Source: an uncultured Sulfolobales archaeon | Lineage (GTDB): Archaea; Thermoproteota; Thermoprotei_A; Sulfolobales; NBVN01 | Assembly (NCBI GenBank): GCA_938045815.1 | Contig: CALIBI010000018.1 | Coordinates: 11,027-75,026, forward strand | Length of the DNA: 64,000 bases | Direction: 5' to 3' | Part shown: one piece after another, positions 9,157 to 17,687 of the stretch | Layout of the letters: each line of letters starts with the position of its first letter | Numbering within the stretch: position 1 is the first letter of the stretch | Notes under the pieces: generated by a model | Told to the model about the DNA's origin: nothing | Databases searched by the model: none | Seen by the model: only the letters and a program-made list of their open reading frames with translations | Program-made: the position numbers and the translations under genes

Positions 9157-9307
9157 CTAGACTCCTAACGTAACTGAGGAGTGCTAGACCAGCCACCAGA
9201 GAGGTCAGGGAAGCCACGTATCTCTGAGCAAGAGCTAACACAACAGCACTCACGAGCAGGAAGAAACTCAGATACAGTATTAGGGTCCTCAAAACAACTC
9301 TAGCCAA
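9125..9307 (-). CDS. Putative 60-aa two-TM micro-protein
   Basis: The ORF overlaps both neighbours (8 nt upstream, 32 nt downstream) on the same strand and has two hydrophobic helices. It has no family assignment, and it could be an artefact if the DUF4350 gene starts further upstream. Confidence 0.3.
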   Translation of the reverse strand: MARVVLRTLILYLSFFLLVSAVVLALAQRYVASLTSLVAGLALLSYVRSLVGECSESGSK

Positions 9308-10094
9308 AGTACCTCAACACCCCCTCAAACATTCTTAGAGACTCATCAAAAATACTCAGCAACCAAGAACCACCAAAAACAAACATGAACACAACTAAAA
9401 CAATAAGTAGAGTGATTCTCAGGACCGGACCGCGAGCCAGGAACCACGAAACAGCCGTGACGAAGCCAATCACTACTGATGCAAGCAAAGACTGAGTAAA
9501 GATTAAGCCGTAAGACAACAAAACAAAAAATAACGTGGTAGAGAAAGCAGGAACCACAAAAGCAAGAACAACAGTGCTCAGAATCATCCTGGTATCAAGT
9601 AATCGACTTAAGTCGGGCTCAGGCACCTCAAGATAAGTAATCCCGAAGCTAATCAATTCCTCAACAACTCTCAAGAAGTAACCTACAAGCAAAGCAACAC
9701 AACAAACCAGTAAGTAATGGAGGGGAAGAACCTCAACAACTGGGTGAAATATTATGAGGTAAGCTAATACAGGCACTAGAGTAGGGATGAAGATGAAGTA
9801 AGACTTTCTTAAGTGAATCAAGGACTTCATCACCAGAACTAGAGAGTAGTAGGCGATGAGGTGAACTGAGTGAGGACCAACTAACGAAACCTGGAAAGGT
9901 AATGAGGTAAGCATTATCGCTAGAGCAGACACTGCATGACCTGCTAGAACCATGTAGGTGTACGCCACTAACCCAGTCAGAAAGACAAGCAAGTAGTTAC
10001 GTAGGTATAGAGACGTAATGAGAGAAAACAAGAAAATAATCCCTAACACAACCTCAGGAGCTTTGCTCCCAACCACGTACGTGTTCCTCGACAC
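9300..10094 (-). CDS. Polytopic membrane protein (about 7 TM), unknown family
   Basis: 264 aa, almost entirely hydrophobic helices. Overlaps the upstream DUF4129 gene by 41 nt. Confidence 0.55.
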   Translation of the reverse strand: MSRNTYVVGSKAPEVVLGIIFLFSLITSLYLRNYLLVFLTGLVAYTYMVLAGHAVSALAIMLTSLPFQVSLVGPHSVHLIAYYSLVLVMKSLIHLRKSYFIFIPTLVPVLAYLIIFHPVVEVLPLHYLLVCCVALLVGYFLRVVEELISFGITYLEVPEPDLSRLLDTRMILSTVVLAFVVPAFSTTLFFVLLSYGLIFTQSLLASVVIGFVTAVSWFLARGPVLRITLLIVLVVFMFVFGGSWLLSIFDESLRMFEGVLRYFG

Positions 10095-11631
10095 GCTTAG
10101 CGACAGACTTCATCACCTCATCCTCACGCACGTTACCGAACCTGACTAACTCATAATACCTCGTTAAATCATTGAACAGCTTGAGAGAATCCTTACCAGC
10201 AAACACCTTAATCTTAGGTGTTAGCTTAGCCATAATCTCTCTATGTGTTTCGTGCGTGCCTAAAGATACTTTAAAAAGTCTGCATAAACTCTCCACAACA
10301 TTCCAGAACACCGCCACAACGTATGGGACGGGAGTTCTTGCCTGAGGCACTGGACTCACACGAGAAACCTCACTCACTAAATCACGCCTACTAGTGGGGA
10401 AGAACCTTAGGAAAAGCAGTAAGCTAATTATGAAGGAAGAAGTTACTAGCAGTAAGAACGCGTATGGTCCTGAAGCTACCCCCCTCGAGAGAGGTAAGCT
10501 CACACCTTGAGTGCTTCCTGAAGTTCCGGAGCTACTGAAGAATGTTGGTGTTGAGGAAATCAGGTACATTAGGGAACTTAACTCATACGAGAAACTGTAA
10601 GAAATCTCTGAATCCTTCTTACCATCAGTAACCGTGAAAACCTTCACGAAGATTGAGGAAGTCCTGGAGCCTGAGCCTGTGAGTGACGTGTTATATCTTT
10701 TTTCTCTCATGTACTTGTTAACCTCTTCTATGAGGATCTCTTCATCAATACCTTCTAGTATGTTGATGTCGTTCAGCAGCCTGTTAAGATCTTCCGGCGG
10801 GAGCCTCTTAAGAATCTCGATTAAAGAGCTGCTGATGTTGCTCTTCATCAGGTGCTCAAGTATTTCACTAACGATTGCTGAATCACTTAACGTGCTGTTA
10901 GGCAGCTTATTTGCAGACACGTACTTAGCGTAGGAAGACGCTATCAAGTACATGCACGAACCTAACAATACGGAAGTCGAGTAAGAAACGTTGACGCCTA
11001 GATTAGCTGCTTCCCTAAATGCTCCAGACTCAACGTAGTCTAGAAACTTAAGAATCTGGAACCTTAACTCGTTCCTTAAGTCCTCACTAATAACCTCGAC
11101 GGTAGGTTCTCTCATTAAGTAGATCATGAAATAAGACAACTCGTTATGGTCCCCGTAAGTCACGAAACCTGAGAGAATAACCAACAACACACTAGAAAGT
11201 GAGGAATAGTCAGTCTTATTCAGGCTTCTTGTAGCGTAGTAGAGTAGCCAGCCCAAGTCTCTACTGCTTACCGACAGGTCGTCAGACCTGTTAAGTAACT
11301 TGAGACTCATTAAGTGTTTACCACCAACGAAAAGAGTGACTGGATAATCGCTAGCCAGATACTCGAAAACACGGGAAGCTACCATCTTCGTTAGAGTGTA
11401 GTTACCTGTTGAAACAGCCTCATCTAATAAAACTCTTAAATCGTCTCTGCCAACCTTACTTAACCAATCAGCCAGAACTACCGGAGCTTCCAGCAACTCA
11501 CGAGACTTACTCTGAAGGTCTGGTGAGTGTCTAGCCCCAACAACTAAACCAAAGAAACTAATCAACACTAAAAACAGAATTAGCGCTGAAGTTAACATTC
11601 TGAGGGGACTAGACGTCACCACTAGCTTCAT
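10054..11631 (-). CDS. Membrane protein with a large N-terminal ectodomain and a C-terminal DUF4129-like domain
   Basis: Signal/anchor (LILFLVLISFFGLVV), an ectodomain of about 370 aa, a Ser-rich linker, a TM helix (YAFLLLVTSSFIISLLLFL), then THETHREIMAKL...LTRYYELVRFG, which resembles the DUF4129 C-terminal helix pair. Confidence 0.55.
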   Translation of the reverse strand: MKLVVTSSPLRMLTSALILFLVLISFFGLVVGARHSPDLQSKSRELLEAPVVLADWLSKVGRDDLRVLLDEAVSTGNYTLTKMVASRVFEYLASDYPVTLFVGGKHLMSLKLLNRSDDLSVSSRDLGWLLYYATRSLNKTDYSSLSSVLLVILSGFVTYGDHNELSYFMIYLMREPTVEVISEDLRNELRFQILKFLDYVESGAFREAANLGVNVSYSTSVLLGSCMYLIASSYAKYVSANKLPNSTLSDSAIVSEILEHLMKSNISSSLIEILKRLPPEDLNRLLNDINILEGIDEEILIEEVNKYMREKRYNTSLTGSGSRTSSIFVKVFTVTDGKKDSEISYSFSYELSSLMYLISSTPTFFSSSGTSGSTQGVSLPLSRGVASGPYAFLLLVTSSFIISLLLFLRFFPTSRRDLVSEVSRVSPVPQARTPVPYVVAVFWNVVESLCRLFKVSLGTHETHREIMAKLTPKIKVFAGKDSLKLFNDLTRYYELVRFGNVREDEVMKSVAKRVEEHVRGWEQSS

Positions 11632-11752
11632 CGCCTGAGAAAAATAGTCTTCAGAGAAAATAAGTAAGGGGTTGATGATCTCTATCGGGTCTTCAGTTCC
11701 TGAGGTATATCAATATTTAGATGGGTATGGGAAAAATATGTGGAGATGAGGG

Positions 11753-12697
11753 TTGGGGCGTGTTGAGTTAATAATCGGTAGAGTTGTTGAGGCTTCCAGA
11801 ACAGTTTTAGTTGAGAGAGAGTGGGACGTGAAGCTACTAGTCTTAGCAATAATTGCTGGCGGGCATGTCTTGATTGAGGGGATACCGGGCATAGCTAAGA
11901 CGTTAACAGCTAAGACAGTCGCTAAGCTACTTAATCTGAAGTTCAGCAGGATTCAACTAACGCCAGACTTACTGCCAGCAGACATAGTTGGGACTAAAGT
12001 TTATAATCAGAAGACAGGAGATTTCGAGGTTGTCGTGGGTCCTGTAAACGCTAACTTAGTCTTGGCTGACGAAATAAATAGAGCGTCCCCGAGAACCCAG
12101 TCAGCGTTGCTTGAAGCTATGCAGGAGAAGCAAGTAACTATTGAGGGCACAACAATCAAGTTACCGGAACCATTCACGGTCATCGCGACTATGAACCCGG
12201 TAGAGTTAGAGGGGGTCTTCCCACTACCTGAAGCACAGCTAGACAGATTCTTCATAAAGATAGGTATGAAGACCCTGAGTAAGGAGGGCTTGATAGAGTT
12301 ACTTAAGAGGGGAACACTGAAGATAGAAGAAGCATTCATGGAGTTAAAGCCCGTTGCTAACGCTGACGAGATAGTTGAGGGGAGAAGAGAAATAAGCAGT
12401 GTTTACGTTGATGACTCAGTAACGGAATACATGCTGAGGATATATGAAACCATAAATAAACACAGGTACGTGAGACTAGGGATCACCCCAAGAGGCTTAA
12501 TAATGCTTCACACGCTAGCTAAGTGCTTAGCACTTGCTGAGGGGAGGAACTACGTAATACCTGACGACGTGAAATCAGCGGCAACACCTGCGTTAAGTCA
12601 CAGAGTACTACTCAAGCCTGAAGTACTAGCTGAGGGTTTCTCGTCGAGAGACGTGATAGAGGAAGTTCTGAGGAGTGTGGAGGTGCCGAGACCATAA
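11753..12697 (+). CDS. moxR: MoxR-family AAA+ ATPase
   Basis: Walker A GIPGIAKT, TPDLLPADIVG, Walker B LADEINRASPRTQSALLEAMQE, ATMNP.E.EG..PLPEAQLDRF and a C-terminal GITPRG. Textbook MoxR/AAA_3. Confidence 0.9.
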   Translation: MGRVELIIGRVVEASRTVLVEREWDVKLLVLAIIAGGHVLIEGIPGIAKTLTAKTVAKLLNLKFSRIQLTPDLLPADIVGTKVYNQKTGDFEVVVGPVNANLVLADEINRASPRTQSALLEAMQEKQVTIEGTTIKLPEPFTVIATMNPVELEGVFPLPEAQLDRFFIKIGMKTLSKEGLIELLKRGTLKIEEAFMELKPVANADEIVEGRREISSVYVDDSVTEYMLRIYETINKHRYVRLGITPRGLIMLHTLAKCLALAEGRNYVIPDDVKSAATPALSHRVLLKPEVLAEGFSSRDVIEEVLRSVEVPRP

Positions 12698-12702
12698 GAG
12701 AA

Positions 12703-13998
12703 GTGAAGACTTCGATCACTTACGTTAGCTACAGCGGGTTATACTTGCTAGTACTTACTTCAGTACTCCTTTCTTCAGCGCTAGTAATTCTCCAACTACA
12801 CTACTACTTACTAGTCAGTACTGCGGGCTTCCTGATAGCTGGCTACGTTACGGGAGCTCTGCACTCACTCAGAAAGCTGAGTAAGGTCTTAGCTGAGTAC
12901 CCAACAGACTTAAGAATTCTTGAAGACGATACAGCAGTCCTGAGCCTAACTATCAGAACACCACACCTAGAACTACTCAAGATAACTAAGGTTGACTTAG
13001 TATGCGATGTTGGTATGAGGATCACTAATTACGTAGTGAGGTATAGGGATCGAGCACTAGAAACTAAGATAAGTCTGAGTGCCAGGGTAGGAACACATAG
13101 AATAAACACACTCATCCTATACTTCACGGTCCTGGGGGGTCTTGCTGAGGGTTTAATGACTCTCGAGATCTTTACTGAGGTGTGTGTGCTACCTAAATTC
13201 AGTATTGGGCCCACACCATACTCAGTGCCGGGCTTCAGACACTTAGGTACGGGTCCCTCCAAGACTAGAGGGCCTGGCACGAACATATTTGAGGTTAGGG
13301 AGTATATGCCGGGAGACGAGTTCAAGAAGATAGACTGGAAAGCTACTGCAAGGCTCTCTAGACTAGCTGTGAAGGAGTTTGAGAAAGAAATGCATAGAGA
13401 CGTCATAATATCACTCGTACTCAGTGATAAGTTCTTCTACCCGGAGAGTAGAGCACTTGAGAACCTGTTTCAGGAAGTCTGTAAGCTTGCTTCAGGACTC
13501 CTCTCTAACGGTCTCCACGTCAGGTTACTTGTAGTGAGTGAGAGGAGTTTCCTACTTAGTAATAAGGTAACGTCAATCAGTAAGATAGGTGAGTTACTGG
13601 AGGTTCTCTCCAGGATTGAGTGGCCTGAAAGACCCTTAATGACTTACTCAGCATTAAGAGTTGCTTCATGGCTACTACTCCCGGTGGTAGTGAATACTTG
13701 CTCAGCTCCGTGCGTGGTAGTCAACATAGTGTGTCTTGAAGACTTGAGTGATGCTGAAGCAGCTCTCCGAGTTTTTAGGAAGCTTAAGGCACTTGCGCAC
13801 GAAGCAATATTCATAACGATCACGCCAGCACTAATAGACCTAAGAACCAAGGAAATAACCTTAGAAGACTTAAGCAGCATGTATCAGGAGGTAGAGAACT
13901 TAATCAAGCTTTCTAGGAAGCTACCTAACAGTATCGTAGCTCCGGACATAAGCGCTGTAGCACTTAATAAGGTGTTGAAACTACGCGCGACTGCTTAG
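12703..13998 (+). CDS. DUF58 domain protein (MoxR partner, vWA-like)
   Basis: Two N-terminal TM helices, then the DUF58 signature FEVREYMPGDEFKKIDWKATARLSRLAVKEFEKE. Lies 5 nt after moxR. Confidence 0.85.
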   Translation: MKTSITYVSYSGLYLLVLTSVLLSSALVILQLHYYLLVSTAGFLIAGYVTGALHSLRKLSKVLAEYPTDLRILEDDTAVLSLTIRTPHLELLKITKVDLVCDVGMRITNYVVRYRDRALETKISLSARVGTHRINTLILYFTVLGGLAEGLMTLEIFTEVCVLPKFSIGPTPYSVPGFRHLGTGPSKTRGPGTNIFEVREYMPGDEFKKIDWKATARLSRLAVKEFEKEMHRDVIISLVLSDKFFYPESRALENLFQEVCKLASGLLSNGLHVRLLVVSERSFLLSNKVTSISKIGELLEVLSRIEWPERPLMTYSALRVASWLLLPVVVNTCSAPCVVVNIVCLEDLSDAEAALRVFRKLKALAHEAIFITITPALIDLRTKEITLEDLSSMYQEVENLIKLSRKLPNSIVAPDISAVALNKVLKLRATA

Positions 13999-14002
13999 TG
14001 TA

Positions 14003-15085
14003 GTGATTTTCTCTAACGACTCAGAAAACCTGCTTTATTTCCACGTAATCAATTCTTATTTAGGAGGGTTGGTGGTGGGTAGGGAGGCTATTGAGGTTGT
14101 TAAGCTATCTAAGAAGTACCTAACTAAGAAGAGGAAAGGATTATTGAGGAGTGAGGAGCTAGTTATTGAGGCTTTAAGAGGAATTACTTTCACGGTTAAT
14201 TATGGTGAGGTTGTAGGGCTCTTAGGACCTAACGGCGCAGGCAAGACTACCACCATCAAGATACTCTCAACGCTGCTCTTACCAGACTCAGGAGAGGTTA
14301 GGATAGGAGGGTTCGACGTGGTTAAGGAAGCTAGTAAGGTCAGGAAATTAATCGGGGTTATGTTGAGTGTTGAGAAAGGCTTCTACGGTAAGCTGACAGG
14401 TAGGGAGAACCTAATCTATTTTGGTTCCCTCTACGGGTTGAGCGGGGCCGAACTGAAGAGGAGGGTTGACGAGATGATGGAGTTAGTAGGGCTGAAGGAA
14501 TTAGAAGCTGAAGACAAGCTCTATGAGGAGTACTCTACAGGAATGAAAGCAAGACTCTCACTAGCTAGAGCACTCTTGAAAGACCCGCCAGTACTTCTGC
14601 TTGATGAGCCGACGTTAGGGCTTGACCCAATGAGTGCTAGGAAAGTAAGAGACTTAGTTAAGTCTCTAGCCTTCAGAGAAGGGAAGGCAATAATATACAC
14701 TACACACAACATGTTTGAGGCTGAGTTAGTCTGCGACAAAATCTTGCTGATAAATAAAGGACTCATAGTAGCTTCAGGCACTCCGGAAGAACTGAAAAAG
14801 AAAGTAAGTGATATAAAGACCGTGATACTGCAGGTTAGAAAAGGTACAGGAAACCTGAACGCATTTTTAAGTAAGCTAACCGACATAACGATAGGTAACA
14901 TAGTGACAGAAGAGCTTGACGTAAACTACATAGAAATCAAATTTAACGTGAGAGCCGCGGAAGAATTGCTTGATACGATAATAAGACTACTAACTACTGA
15001 AGGGTTATCGATGAGTTCCTTTAAGGTGGTTGAACCAACTCTTGAAGACGTTTTCATATACTTTGCTGAGGGTAAGACCTCATGA
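14003..15085 (+). CDS. ABC transporter ATP-binding protein (ABC-2/DrrA-like, with C-terminal extension)
   Basis: Walker A GPNGAGKTT, Q-loop, signature YSTGMKARL, Walker B LLLDEPTLGLD, H-loop TTHNM. The true start is probably internal, near VVGREAIEV. An ATGA overlap joins it to the next gene. Confidence 0.9.
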   Translation: MIFSNDSENLLYFHVINSYLGGLVVGREAIEVVKLSKKYLTKKRKGLLRSEELVIEALRGITFTVNYGEVVGLLGPNGAGKTTTIKILSTLLLPDSGEVRIGGFDVVKEASKVRKLIGVMLSVEKGFYGKLTGRENLIYFGSLYGLSGAELKRRVDEMMELVGLKELEAEDKLYEEYSTGMKARLSLARALLKDPPVLLLDEPTLGLDPMSARKVRDLVKSLAFREGKAIIYTTHNMFEAELVCDKILLINKGLIVASGTPEELKKKVSDIKTVILQVRKGTGNLNAFLSKLTDITIGNIVTEELDVNYIEIKFNVRAAEELLDTIIRLLTTEGLSMSSFKVVEPTLEDVFIYFAEGKTS

Positions 15086-15894
15086 ACATACTCTCATTAA
15101 TTAAGTCAGAGATGCTGCTGGTGTACGGAGAACTAATGAGGAGGAAGCAGGTTCTATTTACCTATATAGCTTACCCCTACATAATGACTTTCTTCATAAT
15201 ATTCGTTGGTTCGTCGGTAGGGTCTTTAGAGAACTTCGAAGCTAGGGTAGGCTCAAATCCTTTTCTTTTCTTCATAGCAGCATCATTCAATTTCTTAGTC
15301 ATACTAGGTATTGTGGATGACGTTTTGTGGAGCCCTATATACGACGATAACATAGGGACACTACCCTACATACTCTCAAGCAATACCTCATGGTTTCTGA
15401 GACTCCTCACGATACCTATCCCACGCTTAGTCTTAACAATCATATTAGGTTTCACTAGCTTAGTTCCTCTCTTCACGTACCTTGAGGGTTTTGAGGGGCT
15501 CCTTACTTCGCTCCTCATAATGGGTCTAGCTGGTCTGGCGGGCTTGCTTCTATCGACTTTTGCTGTCCTCATTGCTTGCAGTGTATCGATACTTATGGGG
15601 GAGTCTTGGAGACTACTAAATATAATTAGGCCCCTCATGATGATCTTGCTTGGCGTATTCTATCCTAGAGTCTTCATGCCTTTCGCGGTTCGCTTAATAT
15701 CTTATCTTCTGCCATCATCACACGTGATTGACTTAATGATTTACACTTTAGTTGGTGAGGGGACTCCCGAAATACTGACAGTACTTACGTTGTTTGGTGC
15801 AGGCACCGCTTTAGCTGTGATGTACGGACCCCTCTCCTACGGCAGTGTTAAGTCTCTAGAGACGAAGAAGTTGAGGGAGGGGATTAAGACATGA
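15082..15894 (+). CDS. ABC-2 type transporter permease
   Basis: 270-aa protein with 6 TM helices directly coupled (ATGA) to the ABC ATPase. ABC-2 membrane topology. Confidence 0.7.
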   Translation: MNILSLIKSEMLLVYGELMRRKQVLFTYIAYPYIMTFFIIFVGSSVGSLENFEARVGSNPFLFFIAASFNFLVILGIVDDVLWSPIYDDNIGTLPYILSSNTSWFLRLLTIPIPRLVLTIILGFTSLVPLFTYLEGFEGLLTSLLIMGLAGLAGLLLSTFAVLIACSVSILMGESWRLLNIIRPLMMILLGVFYPRVFMPFAVRLISYLLPSSHVIDLMIYTLVGEGTPEILTVLTLFGAGTALAVMYGPLSYGSVKSLETKKLREGIKT

Positions 15895-16718
15895 GTTTTT
15901 CTGGTAGTTTACGCTTATTCATGAATTCCGTAAAGACAGTCTTCGTGAGTTACGTTAAGGCTGAACTCCTGAGAAGTAAAGGATTCTTTTTTGGCTTGAT
16001 CTCACTGGCGATCTGGTTAGCAGTCCTCATGCTCCCTATGACTCTCTTCAGAGACCCTGAAACACCGGCAAGCCTTATCTCGACCTACATGTTTGTCGGT
16101 ATAGCTGTTTTTCAGGCATACTCAGTGAGTACGTGGGATTGGGGTTGGGAACTCAGAGACTCTCTCTTTAGAGGTGTTTTAGAGAACGTTATAGTTAGTG
16201 GGTCAAGCATACTAGTCATGTATGTAGGCATAATACCGATATCTATTGGTTGGTTAGCGATATCACTAAGCATAACCTACGTGATGCTCTCAGCCATCAT
16301 AGCGCCGCCAACGCTTCACGTAGCAAACCCAACACTATTTTTGCTTGGTTTAGTATCTTTGATGATTGTCCTCTTAGCTTACGCGATGATTTTAGGCTCA
16401 ACACTCATAGCTTCAGGAACGTCTGGCGCGGTGGTGGAGTTTGTATCGTGGATACTCCCGATAGCTACGGGAGGCATAACTCCCCTAGCTAACCTACCAC
16501 ACACGATGAGATTAATAGCTTTATTAACACCATTCAGTTATCCGGCAGAACTCCTCAGATACTCACTAGGTCTTACAACCCTAGTAATACATGAAGAAAT
16601 AATGATTGTAACCTCTACACTATACCCAACAGCATTCCTGGTTTTCAGCTACTTCTACTTCAAGAAGCAATTACGTAAACTACTTAGGGAAGGAATCAAG
16701 ACAGTCTCGCTCTGGTGA
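15891..16718 (+). CDS. ABC-2 type transporter permease (second subunit)
   Basis: 275-aa protein with 6 TM helices, ATGA-coupled to the previous permease. Confidence 0.7.
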   Translation: MSFSGSLRLFMNSVKTVFVSYVKAELLRSKGFFFGLISLAIWLAVLMLPMTLFRDPETPASLISTYMFVGIAVFQAYSVSTWDWGWELRDSLFRGVLENVIVSGSSILVMYVGIIPISIGWLAISLSITYVMLSAIIAPPTLHVANPTLFLLGLVSLMIVLLAYAMILGSTLIASGTSGAVVEFVSWILPIATGGITPLANLPHTMRLIALLTPFSYPAELLRYSLGLTTLVIHEEIMIVTSTLYPTAFLVFSYFYFKKQLRKLLREGIKTVSLW

Positions 16719-16728
16719 AAACCCTCCC

Positions 16729-17586
16729 TCAGAAGATAGTGACGAGAATACCTACTGAGGTCATCAAGACTCCTAAGAAGTGTTTCATCGAAGGTTTCTC
16801 ACCTGCTAGAAACTTCGTAGTTATTGTTGTTAGGGTGGGGGTAAGTGCTGTTGCTACTGTAGTAGCTGAAACTCCTATTGAGCTTATAGAGTAGATGAAG
16901 AGGTACATACCAAAACTCCAGTCAAGAACAGCTACTGCCGAAACCACAGCAAGTAGTTGTTTAAGATTGCTTCTAGCAGGTAAGCCCTCAATAACTAATC
17001 CTAAAGAGAGAAAAACAACAAATATCGTAGTTAGTCTCAGCAAGGTTAAGAGAGCCTCATTAACAAATTCTAGCGTTACTTTAATTAAGGCTGTTGAAAC
17101 CCCCCAACTAATTGAGGCTAGCACTGCGTAAGCAACACCTACACGCTCCACTCTTAAATAGCTCGAGTCACTACCCGCAACCAGAACTACTCCAGCAAAA
17201 GCTAACACAGCCCCACAAACAAGAGAAGTCTTCATAAACTCTTTCAGGAACGTTACAGCGATTGCTTGAGCAACGAATATGTATGTGTAGCTCAAAGCTA
17301 CAGAGGTAAACCCACCTAAAATCTTGATAGACTTGACGAAGCAGACATCACCTACTCCAGGTCCTATGAGTGCTGAGAGAATAATCAAGAATAAGATATC
17401 CGGACCCGGAATCTCTAAACTCACTCCTTGATGAAGCAAAACCAAGAATACTGTTAGCGAGGCAATTAATGCTTTGAGCCCAGTAAATGTGACAGGTCTC
17501 ACTACACCTCTATACCTACTTATTATGGCCGGGCTAAGACCCCACAAGACTGAAGCAATTAATATGGCTACGTAACCCAGCAACAA
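16729..17586 (-). CDS. EamA/DMT-family transporter
   Basis: 10-TM protein. The N-terminus IASVLWGLSPAIISRY and the two-repeat EamA architecture. Paralogous to 25281-26126. Confidence 0.8.
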   Translation of the reverse strand: MLLGYVAILIASVLWGLSPAIISRYRGVVRPVTFTGLKALIASLTVFLVLLHQGVSLEIPGPDILFLIILSALIGPGVGDVCFVKSIKILGGFTSVALSYTYIFVAQAIAVTFLKEFMKTSLVCGAVLAFAGVVLVAGSDSSYLRVERVGVAYAVLASISWGVSTALIKVTLEFVNEALLTLLRLTTIFVVFLSLGLVIEGLPARSNLKQLLAVVSAVAVLDWSFGMYLFIYSISSIGVSATTVATALTPTLTTITTKFLAGEKPSMKHFLGVLMTSVGILVTIF

Positions 17587-17687
17587 ACCTTACACCACTT
17601 CTCAAGAATTCTCCTATGGTGTAAGACATAAAAGTTTTTAAAGGAATACCGTCTAGTGTGTTTAGGCGTGTTGGGGTGCTTAAGTAG

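Noticed and set aside
11673-11703. C/D-box sRNA-like TGATGA ... CTGA pair
   Set aside because: There is a single C-like box and a single D-like box 21 nt apart, with no C'/D' boxes, no terminal stem and a span too short for a canonical C/D sRNA. It also sits inside a divergent promoter.
11632-11752. The intergenic region itself as a replication origin
   Set aside because: It is only 121 nt, has no orc1/cdc6 or whiP neighbour, no long ORB-like inverted repeats and no extended AT-rich unwinding element. The composition switch is reported as a finding, but an origin call on this spacer is not supportable.
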